Source: Schmidtea polychroa (Eukaryota). Taken from it: a stretch of 64,000 nt of DNA. This document shows positions 11,521-23,327 of the stretch, piece by piece. How positions within the stretch are numbered: the stretch's first letter is position 1; every line of letters begins with the position of its first letter. The stretch spans positions 12,030,001 through 12,094,000 of the forward strand of contig CM097885.1 of assembly GCA_044892525.1 (NCBI GenBank), given 5' to 3'. Under the pieces are notes generated by a model. The model had not been told where the DNA came from. It did not search any database and saw only the letters and a program-made list of their open reading frames with translations. Made by a program: the position numbers and the translations under genes.

Positions 11521-13861
11521 TATTTCCCTATAAAACATGTAAAATCATTAACCCTAAATAATTTATAAAATCTAATGATAAAACTGGTTATAATTAATTT
11601 TTTGTTAATCACTGTACTCGATATTTTAAATAAATATTACTACAATATAACTCACTAGGTCCCATTGAAAGATTAAATTTATCCATTCAATAAAATATAT
11701 TTCTTCAAATGATCATTTTTACCAATATTCAACCGATTTAATTACTAATTAAAATCAAGATTTCTTCCAATAAAGATCAATTTTATTTAGTCAATGTTTT
11801 GTGTCCATATTTCTCAACTTTTGTCGTTGTCCGTCTTAATAAAGATAAAAATAATTTAAAGTTGATATCAATCCCATTTATCTGTAAAGTTTTCATCGTC
11901 AAAACCAAGTAAATCGATCATTATCCTTACTTAATAGAACATTGTTCTAAAACATAAATCTAAATTAATATACAATGAATTAATCACAACCTAATAAAAC
12001 GATATAATTATTATTGATACATAACTGACTAATTGACATTTCCCTTAAAACAATGATATTTTACCAACATCACCCTTAAAAAATCATATATTCCCATCGA
12101 AACCCTTCCCTCATTAAAAGCAACCGACTATATCTCCCTCACAATAATATATTCCCATCTTAACCCATCCTTCATTAAATCTAACCGACTATATCCCCTT
12201 AAAAGATCATATTTTCCCCATCTTAACCGACCTCTCATTAAATCTAACCAACAATATCCCATCTTAACCGATCTCTCATTAAATCTAACCGACTATATCC
12301 CTTTAAAAATCGTATATTCCCATCTTAACCCATCCCTCATTAAATTTAATAACCGACTATATCCCATCTTATCCGATCTCTCAGCAAATATTTCTACCCT
12401 TTTAAACATCTATCCGATTATATCCCTTATTTTCCCTAAAGATTTCACCCACTTGAGCCCTTTAATATATATCAATCCTCTTAAAATCCTCAGAGAACTT
12501 CAAAAATATGACTTTTAATTAATTGTTATAGAACCAGACAAATAATAAGAGCCCATTAAAAGATCAAAATTCACTAAATTTTCTACAAATATTTACCATC
12601 AAATACTGGAGATGATATATATTGATTGATCATAATTCTTCAGCTATTCAACCAATCATTTTCAAGCAATAACAGCAAACTAAATTTCTGTATATCCTAC
12701 AATAATTATCACGTAAATTTAAAGTCCCTGATAAAGTTAACTAGTTTCTTAGCTCATGTTTTTTAAAGTTCATCAATGAGTAAATATTCTTAGAAAATTA
12801 TTGAAAAAATTATTTAGTGAAATATATTACAAACTTATCATTAAAAATTTATTCTATCACTTGAAATTAATTTTTATTTAAAAACTATTCAATAAAATAC
12901 CACTAATTATCAAGAAATTAATTAAATTTATCAATTAAATTTATCACCATTAAAACTTTTAATCAGTCAACATGAAATTCTTATAAAATTGTTCAATATC
13001 CTCATAAAAATTTATCCTACCACTTGATTATTGTACAAACTCTAATTATTAACTTCATTAAAAATTAAAAATACATCCAATTATCAAGAAATTAATTAAA
13101 TTTATCTTAGAACTAACTTTGAATTATTAAATATTCATTCAATAATCATGAAATTCACAAAAATAATAGAAATTTACAAAATTCAAAGAAATTTACTTGA
13201 ATAAAACCATCAACTCTAAAAATTATCAATGAATGCCTTAAACATCAAATTTGCCTAAATAATCATTCAAATAAAAGCATTAAAAGTACCCTTGCGACAT
13301 GTTGAATGTGAGTAGTACCCATAGGGGGACAGAATATTTTGTCGGATAAACTCAGAGTATATATTAATTAACTCATTCTTCATTGAATTAGTCAAATTAT
13401 CATAAATTTCGATAAAAATTCTAAAGTGGTAAGCAATGTAAAGAGAAATATTCTTTAAACTTTGATAAAATTAACAATGAAGGTGGTAAGAATCTTCATT
13501 AAAGTGAGGAAATTATTCATTACTCGATTCAAATGGGTGAAAATAATTGGTAGAATAATTCATTAATGGATCATTGAATGGGCATAGATAAGAAGAAAGT
13601 TGATAAGAATGCAAATATATTAATTGAATTTATTTAAAATTATTTCATAAAATTCATAAATTTAATAAAAAAAAGAAATATTTGTGGGGAATAATTAATC
13701 AAAATCGGGCGGAATATAAGTGATAATAATTAGTGGAAAATAGAGAATCGGGGGGATATTAGTGATTAATTAGTGAAAAATAGAGAATTGGTGGAATATA
13801 AGTGGAGAGGATATGTAATTTAAACTAGTTTATTACATAACAAGCTGTGAATGATATTTTA

Positions 13862-14770
13862 CTAACATTTTACTAAATTTTTAAAGTATGTAATTTAATT
13901 TTAATTATATTTTAAAATTGTATATATTTTGAATATCATTCTATTGTTTAATTTCAATAATAAGTTTAAAAAAATCTATAATAATTAATAAATTAATATC
14001 TTGTTAACATTTATTTGAGAATTTAAAAAACTTTACTTAAAATTAGTGAAGTATTTAATTTTAATTGTATTTTTTAAGACATATATTTGAGTATTAACTT
14101 ATTTTGATTGAAGTATCACATTTAATATTGTGATGATTGTTTTCTAAATCGAAATATTTAGTGTAAAATAGTAAATTTAATAACAAATAGCTACAATATT
14201 AAAGGTCTTTTTTAAAAAAATATTTACTTTCTATTACCTAATTCCATCATTAAGTTTAAAAAGTCTATAACTGTTAATAATTCAATTTCTTATTCACATT
14301 TTCTAATAAAACTTATATTTTTAAATTTAGTGTAAAGAATTTAATTTTAATTGTATTTTATAAGTCATTTATTTGAATATTTATCTTATTTTTATTGAAA
14401 GGAGTAATATAATTCATATTATGATATTCGTTTCGAAATATTTAGTGTAGAATCGTAAATTTAATAATATATAGCTATTATTGCAAGTACTTATACAACA
14501 AAAACTTTTTTATTTCTAATGTTTTATTCCATAAATATGTTTTAAAGTATATAACTGGTAATAAATTAATTTCTTATTTAAATTTATTTAAAAAAGCTTT
14601 ACTTATAAAATTTATATTTTCGAAGACTTATATTTGAATATTAACCTATTTTGATTGAAAAGGGTAATTGATTTAGAAATTATTAAGTGTAAATCAAAAC
14701 ATTTAAATTATTAAGGTATTAAAGTACTTATTCAAACATTAAAAAAAAAGATCTAATCAATAATTCTCAA
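13862..14770. repeat. Non-palindromic central spacer made of ~3 diverged ~285-290-bp tandem units
   Basis: An anchor motif (taagtttaaaaa..tctataa..ttaataa.tt.aat.tctt) recurs at ~13961, ~14251 and ~14536. Confidence 0.75.
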
Positions 14771-17700
14771 TAAAATATCATTCACAGCTTGTTATGTAAT
14801 AAAATAGTCACGGCTTGTTATGTAATAAACTAGTTTAAATTACATATCCTCTCCACTTATATTCCACCAATTCTCTATTTTTCACTAATTAATCACTAAT
14901 ATCCCCCCGATTCTCTATTTTCCACTAATTATTATCACTTATATTCCGCCCGATTTTGATTAATTATTCCCCACAAATATTTCTTTTTTTTATTAAATTT
15001 ATGAATTTTATGAAATAATTTTAAATAAATTCAATTAATATATTTGCATTCTTATCAACTTTCTTCTTATCTATGCCCATTCAATGATCCATTAATGAAT
15101 TATTCTACCAATTATTTTCACCCATTTGAATCGAGTAATGAATAATTTCCTCACTTTAATGAAGATTCTTACCACCTTCATTGTTAATTTTATCAAAGTT
15201 TAAAGAATATTTCTCTTTACATTGCTTACCACTTTAGAATTTTTATCGAAATTTATGATAATTTGACTAATTCAATGAAGAATGAGTTAATTAATATATA
15301 CTCTGAGTTTATCCGACAAAATATTCTGTCCCCCTATGGGTACTACTCACATTCAACATGTCGCAAGGGTACTTTTAATGCTTTTATTTGAATGATTATT
15401 TAGACAAATTTGATGTTTAAGGCATTCATTGATAATTTTTAGAGTTGATGGTTTTATTCAAGTAAATTTCTTTGATTTTTGTGAATTTCTATTATTTTTG
15501 TGGATTTCATGATTATTGAATGAATTTCTTTGAATTTTGTAAATTTCTATTATTTTTGTGAATTTCATGATTATTGAATGAATATTTAATAATTCAAAGT
15601 TAGTTCTAAGATAAATTTAATTAATTTCTTGATAATTGGATGTATTTTTAATTTTTAATGAAGTTAATAATTAGAGTTTGTACAATAATCAAGTGGTAGG
15701 ATAAATTTTTATGAGGATATTGAACAATTTTCTAAGAATTTCATGTTGACTGATTAAAAGTTTTAATGGTGATAAATTTAATTGATAAATTTAATTAATT
15801 TCTTGATAATTAGTTGTATTTTATTGAATAGTTTTTAAATAAAAATTAATTTCAAGTGATAGAATAAATTTTTAATGATAAGTTTGTAATATATTTCACT
15901 AAATAATTTTTTCAATAATTTTCTAAGAATATTTACTCATTGATGAACTTTAAAAAACATGAGCTAAGAAACTAGTTAACTTTATCAGGGACTTTAAATT
16001 TACGTGATAATTATTGTAGGATATACAGAAATTTAGTTTGCTGTTATTGCTTGAAAATGATTGGTTGAATAGCTGAAGAATTATGATCAATCAATATATA
16101 TCATCTCCAGTATTTGATGGTAAATATTTGTAGAAAATTTAGTGAATTTTGATCTTTTAATGGGCTCTTATTATTTGTCTGGTTCTATAACAATTAATTA
16201 AAAGTCATATTTTTGAAGTTCTCTGAGGATTTTAAGAGGATTGATATATATTAAAGGGCTCAAGTGGGTGAAATCTTTAGGGAAAATAAGGGATATAATC
16301 GGATAGATGTTTAAAAGGGTAGAAATATTTGCTGAGAGATCGGATAAGATGGGATATAGTCGGTTATTAAATTTAATGAGGGATGGGTTAAGATGGGAAT
16401 ATACGATTTTTAAAGGGATATAGTCGGTTAGATTTAATGAGAGATCGGTTAAGATGGGATATTGTTGGTTAGATTTAATGAGAGGTCGGTTAAGATGGGG
16501 AAAATATGATCTTTTAAGGGGATATAGTTGGTTAGATTTAATGAAGGATGGGTTAAGATGGGAATATATTATTGTGAGGGAGATATAGTCGGTTGCTTTT
16601 AATGAGGGAAGGGTTTCGATGGGAATATATGATTTTTTAAGGGTGATGTTGGTAAAATATCATTGTTTTAAGGGAAATGTCAATTAGTCAGTTATGTATC
16701 AATAATAATTATATCGTTTTATTAGGTTGTGATTAATTCATTGTATATTAATTTAGATTTATGTTTTAGAACAATGTTCTATTAAGTAAGGATAATGATC
16801 GATTTACTTGGTTTTGACGATGAAAACTTTACAGATAAATGGGATTGATATCAACTTTAAATTATTTTTATCTTTATTTAGACGGACAACGACAAAAGTT
16901 GAGAAATATGGACTTAAAACATTGACTAAATAAAATTGATCTTTATTGGAAGAAATCTTGATTTTAATTAGTAATTAAATCGGTTGAATATTGGTAAAAA
17001 TGATCATTTGAAGAAATATATTTTATTGAATGGATAAATTTAATCTTTCAATGGGACCTAGTGAGTTATATTGTAGTAATATTTATTTAAAATATCGAGT
17101 ACAGTGATTAACAAAAAATTAATTATAACCAGTTTTATCATTAGATTTTATAAATTATTTAGGGTTAATGATTTTACATGTTTTATAGGGAAATATTCGT
17201 GATATTACGAATTAAAGTTAGAATTATAGTCATTTAAAGGGGATTTTAAGGAATCTTATTAGTCTGAGGGGAATATATGATCCTTTACGGGTACTTATCA
17301 TTAAAATATCAATCTTTAAATATTGATATATTTAGGGGAAATGATGCTTTTTAGATGATTTTAATGAATTATTTGTAATAATATGAATTAAGGGTTGAAA
17401 TATAGTCATTTAAGGGATTTTAAGGAATCTTATTAGTCTGAGGGGAATATATGATCTTTAACAAGTATTTATCATTAAAATACCAATCTTTAAATATTGA
17501 TATATTTAAGGGGAAAATGATGCTTTTTAGATGATTTTATTGGAGAATTCACTTGGATATACCAATTATTGTCATTTGAATGAATTTACTGGTTTGTTAG
17601 ATGTTATCATTAGTTATCTAGTCTCTTTTGGAATTTAATGATAATTATTTTTATTGTAGATTGCTGACTTTGATAATTGTAATGAATTTATACTGATTTT

Positions 17701-20700
17701 TTTTTTGAATATATTGAGAAATCAGTCAATCAATTTGAGTACATGTATTACTTTTAAAAAAATAATTAAAATTAATTTTATTTCAATTAATTTATTCAAT
17801 CTAAATCAATTATCTACTAGATCTTATCTTATTAATTTATTATCTTAGTTGATTCAACTTGAATGATCAGTAGTTTTTTATTTACTGGATGACTAGAATT
17901 TTTTCTTGTCCATTAATTAAATTTTTATGATATTTATTTCGAATAATTTAAATTTTTACAATTATTTAATCAATTTTTACCTAGTTATTGATGCCTTGAG
18001 TTCAATTAATTTTTCATCCAATTTTTCAAGTGAAGAGTATTTTTCTTTTAAAGATCAATTTGTTAGTACATAGTTGTTGGTACTTGGTATCTTGTTGTAA
18101 GTACTTGGTAGCAGGTATCTGATTGACTTTTTAGATTTTGATAAGAAGATATTGTATGTGATGAAGAATATTTTGTATTTAATTGCTATTATTTTTATGT
18201 GTGGTTAGTTGATTGTTGGTACTTGGTATCTTGTTGTAAGTACTTGGTAGCAGGTATCTGGTTGTAAGTATCTAGTTGTAGGTTGATATTTGTTAATTTC
18301 TCGATGGGTTTTGATGGTGGTTGTTAGTACATGGTTGTAAGTGTTTAGTATTTAGTTGTTTGAAACCTAGTGGTTAGTACATGGTAGCTAATTAATGAGT
18401 AGGTGGGGATTGAGAGTGATCAATACCCCTACGACTAGTACCTTTACGACCAGTACCCTTACGACTAATACCCTTACGACCAGTACCCTTACGACCAGTA
18501 CCCTTACGACCAGTACCCTTACGACCTGTACCCTTAGGGGGTCAAAACATCCTGTCGGATAAACTCAGAGTATATATAATAAAACCGATCAATAATAAGT
18601 ATTTATTGAATGCGATTTTTACATTGCAATAATAAGTCAGTAGTTATCATTTAAAAGAAAAATGTTTTGTAAATTAGAATTCATTAGTCTTTCATTGTAA
18701 TTAAAATTATTTTGAATTCCACGTGGTGTTAGAGTTGACAATTATTCATTTTTTGATGAAAATCAACATTTTTGTTAAATTTAGACATTTTGAAAAGGTT
18801 TTTCTACTGATTGTAATTAAAATTATTATAGAAGCTGTATAAAAAATATTAATTTAAAAAGCATTTCATAAAATACAATAAAGAATATTTAGTTGATTGT
18901 AAGTAGTTAGTTGTAAGTATGTGGTTGTTTGAGAGTTAGTTAGTACGTGGTATCATGTTGAAAGTATTTGTTAGCACCTAGTTAAAAATATTTAGTAACC
19001 GATTGTTGGTAACTGTTGAATTATTATTATTATTATTTTTATTATTATTATTATTATTATTATAATTATTATTATTCCATTTAAATTTTCATTAAAAATT
19101 ACATTTCTCAAAAAAATTGGTAGTTATTCAATATTTTGATAATAAATTTAAAAATCTTACTTTAATTTACTTATTTAGCTTTAATTAAAAATTTGAACCA
19201 TTGGTTACTTAATTTTAGATTTTGAACCTTAATTTACTTATTTAAAAATTATTACTTTAATTTACTCATTTAGCTTTAATTTAAAATTAAAACCATTGTT
19301 TTCTTTAATTTAAAATTTTGAACCTTAATTTACTTATTTAAAATTTTTAACTTTACTTATCCTTAATTTACCTAATTATTCTTTATTTCTTAATTTTACA
19401 CCATAATTTACTTAACAACTAAATATAATCCTTATTTTCATATTTAACCAATAATTTCATGTGGTCATTGATTAATTGACGAAGATTTGCATCTAAAATT
19501 AACATTGAATATCCCAGAAAACTTTCATCCTAAATTGACTTTAACTTTAATATTTTAGATCGTTGATTAGTTAATTTAAAAATTAAACATTAAAATACCT
19601 ATTTAACCAATAATTTCATGTGGTCACCTGGTTGTAAGTACTTGGTATCTAGTTAATGGGTATGTGGTTGTAGGTGCTTAGTAGTTGGTTGATGATGCTT
19701 AGTAGTTGGTAACTGGTTGTAGGTACTTAGTAGTTGGTTGATGATGCTTAGTAGTTGGTAACTGGTTGTTGGTATCTAGTTGTTAGTATCTAGTTGTAGG
19801 TAACTGGTTGTTAGTAACTAGTTGTATGTACTTGGTAGGTGGTTGTTGAGTAGTTGGTATCAGGTAACTAGTTGTTAGTAACTAGTTGTAGGTTGTAAGT
19901 GTTTGGTATCTAGTTGACAGTGTTTAGTACCTGGTTGTTAGTAACTAGTTGTTAGTACTTGGTAGCTAGTTGGTATCTGGTACCTAGTTAGTTGTATGTT
20001 TTTGGTTGTTAGTAATTGGTATCAGGTAACTGGTTGTAGGTATCTGGTTGGTAATACATGTTTGTAAGTTACTGGTTGTTGGTACTAAGTTGTTGATTTG
20101 TTGTTGAATTATTATTAAAATTTGTCTTTGAAAAATATTTCATAAAAATTTCCATCTAAAATTATCATTGAAAAATATTTCATAAAAATTTCTATTAAAA
20201 ATTACCATTGAAAAATATTTCATAAAATTTTCTATTAAAAATTACTTAAAAAAATATTCCATAAAAATTTTCATTAAAAATTACCATTGAAAATTTTCAT
20301 TAAAAAATTTCAATTCTCAAACACCTTCAACTTTTTGTAATTAAATTTTAAAATCTTACTTTAATTTACTTATTTAAAATTTTTTGCCATTGATTACTTA
20401 ATTTAAAAATTATTACTTTAATTTACTTATTTAAAATTTTTTACCATTGATTACTTAATTTAAAAATTTGGACCTTAATTTACTTTATTTTAATTTTTTA
20501 GAACCTTAATTTACTTTAATTTAAAATTTAGAACCTTAATTTACTTTAATTTAATTTTTAGAACCATAATTTACTTTAATTTAAAAATTTGAGCCATAAT
20601 TTACTGTAATTTAATTTTTTAGAACCATAATTTACTTTAATTTAAAAATTTGGACCATAATTTACTGTAATTTAAAAATTTGAGCCATAATTTACTATCA

Positions 20701-22823
20701 TTTAATTTTTAGAACCATAATTTACTGTAATTTAATTTTTTAGAACCATAATTTACTTTAATTTAATTTTTTGGACCATAATTTACTGTATTTGAAAAAT
20801 TTTGACCATAATTTACTATAATTTAATTTTTAGAACCATTATTTACTGTAATTGAAAAATTTGGACCATAATTTACTGTAATTTAATTTTTTAGAACCAT
20901 AATTTACTTTAATTTAAAAATTTGGACCATAATTTACTGTAATTTAAAAATTTGAGCCATAATTTACTATCATTTAATTTTTAGAACCATAATTTACTGT
21001 CATTTAATTTTTTAGAACCATAATTTACTTTAATTTAATTTTTTGGACCATAATTTATTGTATTTGAAAAATTTTGACCATAATTTACTATAATTTAATT
21101 TTTAGAACCATTATTTACTGTAATTGAAAAATTTGGACCATAATTTACTGTAATTTAATTTTTTTAGGACCATAATTTACTGTAATTTAATTTTTTGAAC
21201 CATAATTTACTGTAATTTAATTTTTAGGACCATTATTTACTGTAATTTAATTTTTTAGAACCATAATTTACTTTAATTTAATTTTTTGGATCATAATTTA
21301 CTGTATTTGAAAAATTTTGACCATAATTTACTATAATTTAATTTTTAGGACCATAATTTATTGTAATTGAAAAATTTGACCATTATTTACTTTAATTGAA
21401 AAATTTACCACGTTTTTTAGTGTAGACCACCTTTTTCTCAGGACCAAGGAGACCCACCTTAATTTAATTCGAAAAATCCATGCTTTTTTTAGTGATAGTC
21501 GGATTTTTGTATTGAAAATATCCTGAGACCTTAAATTACCATGCTTTTTAGTGTAGACCAGCTTTTTGTATTGAAAATATCCTGAGACCTTAAATTACCA
21601 TGCTTTTTTAGTGTAGACCAGCTTTTTGTATTGAAAATATCCTGAGACCTTAAATTACCATGCTTCTTTATTGAAGACCGCCTTTTTGTAAAAAAAAATC
21701 CTGAGACCTTAAATTACCACGTTTTTTAGTGTAGACCACCTATTTATTTAAAATTTTTTACCATTGATTACTTAATTTAAAAATTTAGACCTTAATTTAC
21801 TTTATTTTAATTTTTTAGAACCTTAATTAACTTTAATTTAATTTTTAGAACCATTATTTACTTTAATTTAAAAATTTGGACCTTAATTAACTTTAATTTA
21901 AAATTTAGAACCATAATTAACTTTAATTTAAAATTTAGAACCATAATTTACTGTCATTTAATTTTTTAGAACCATAATTTACTTTAATTTAAAAATTTGG
22001 ACCATAATTTACTTTAATTTAATTTTTTAGAACCATTATTTACTGTAATTTAATTTTTAGAACCTTAATTTACTTTAATTTAATTTTTTAGAACCATTAT
22101 TTACTTTAATTGAAAAATTTACCACGTTTTTTAGTGTAGACCACCTATTTCTCAGGACCAAGGAGACTCACCTCACTATAGTCTGAAAAATCCTTGGCTT
22201 TTTTAGTGTAGACCACCTATTTGTATTGAAAATATCCTGAGACCTTAAATTACCATGCTTTTTTAGTGTAGACCAGCTTTTTGTATTGAAAATATCCCGA
22301 GACCTTAAATTACCACGTTTTTTAGTGTAGACCACCTATTTCTCAGGACCAAGGAGACTCACCTCACTATAGCGTGATAAATCCTTGGCTTTTTTATTGA
22401 TAGTAGGATTTTTGTATAGAAAAAAATTTTTTGTATTGAAAATCCCAGGACCATCGAGACCCCCTTACTATAGTGTGAAAATTCCATGCTTTTAGTGGTA
22501 GTCGGATTTTTGTATTGAAAATATCCCGAGACCTTAAATTACCACGTTTTTTAGTGTAGACCACCTATTTCTCAGGACCAAGGAGACTCACCTCACTATA
22601 GCGTGATAAATCCTTGGCTTTTTTATTGATAGTAGGATTTTTGTATAGAAAAAAATATTTTGTATTGAAAATCCTAGGACCATCGAGACCCCCTCACTAT
22701 AGTCTGAAAAATTGCGTAATCAAAAGTTGCAACAAAAAAAAAGTTGCAGCAAAAAAAAAGTTGCAGCAGAACCCCCCCCCCCCCGGGGGGGTAATTGTTG
22801 CAGTGGGCTACTATCTACCTACT
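14771..22823 (-). repeat. Right inverted arm of the giant palindrome (~8.05 kb)
   Basis: Reverse complement of 5669-13861. Confidence 0.95.
15301..18570. mobile_element. Nested TA-flanked TIR element, right-arm mirror copy
   Basis: CTCTGAGTTTATCCGACA at 15301 and TGTCGGATAAACTCAGAG ending at 18570. It carries an extra 58-bp tandem duplication (15465-15580) that the left copy lacks. Confidence 0.75.
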
Positions 22824-23215
22824 CAAGGAGAATGTGTTAGTAATCTTAGCTAGTAAAATAAATACAAAATCAATAGAATTTGCATGCTCAATTTCTATGG
22901 CCAATCTGATGGGCACAGACATATAAAACGCGTACGTTGACGTGCTTTACACGCAGAAAATGGTAAGATAAATCAAGAAAAGACTGACATCAGACCATAC
23001 TAAGTACCTAATAACCCTACAATAAATAAAGAATATAACTGAAATTAAATCAGTTAGAAAAAATTTCTCATGATTTTCTTTGAAGCATGACATCCACAAA
23101 TATGCATCCTCCCTATATAAATAATATTTAATAATAAATATTAATTTACTAATTTCCCAAATATGCATATCTCGAGTTGACGCTTTCTCAGGGCTAATAT
23201 TGAAGTTATCATCAT

Positions 23216-23254
23216 AATAATTATTATTATTAATATTATTATTTTTTTTTATTA

Positions 23255-23325
<71 letters not shown>
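23216..23325. repeat. (TAT)n microsatellite
   Basis: Directly visible. Confidence 0.95.

Positions 23326-23327
<2 letters not shown>

Larger units (their letters stand above)
10146..13357. mobile_element. Nested ~3.2-kb non-autonomous TIR element flanked by TA (Tc1/mariner-like target signature), left-arm copy
   Basis: TATATA|CTCTGAGTTTATCCGACA... at 10146 and ...TGTCGGATAAACTCAGAG|TATATA ending at 13357. The inverted similarity continues for ~45 bp (ccccctaagggtac / gtacccataggggg). Confidence 0.75.
5669..13861 (+). repeat. Left inverted arm of the giant palindrome (~8.19 kb)
   Basis: Matches the reverse complement of 14771-22823 wherever checked, apart from scattered SNPs and satellite copy-number differences. 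Confidence 0.95.
5669..22823. mobile_element. Giant palindromic (fold-back) non-autonomous element with Polinton/Maverick-type ends, 17,155 bp
   Basis: Begins AGTAGGTAGATAGTAGCCCACTGCAACAATTACCC (5669) and ends GGGTAATTGTTGCAGTGGGCTACTATCTACCTACT (22823). CAAGGA is duplicated at 5663-5668 and 22824-22829. The left arm (5669-13861) is the reverse complement of the right arm (14771-22823). No internal ORF of 60 aa or more in the ORF track. Confidence 0.9.

Noticed and set aside
11636..11683. YNSLGPIERLNLSIQ resembling an integrase or transposase catalytic-Glu motif
   Set aside because: Too short, flanked by stops, and no upstream catalytic Asp motifs were found.
16740..17090. Alternative genetic code or mitochondrial insert (Trp-rich if TGA is read as W)
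   Set aside because: TAA stops and frame changes remain, and there is no recognisable mitochondrial gene.
5669..22823. Palindrome as a sequencing or assembly fold-back artefact
   Set aside because: Symmetry stops exactly at AGT/ACT termini bounded by a 6-bp direct duplication, the flanks are unique, there is a unique spacer, and the arms differ in repeat copy number. Raw reads are still needed to exclude it fully.
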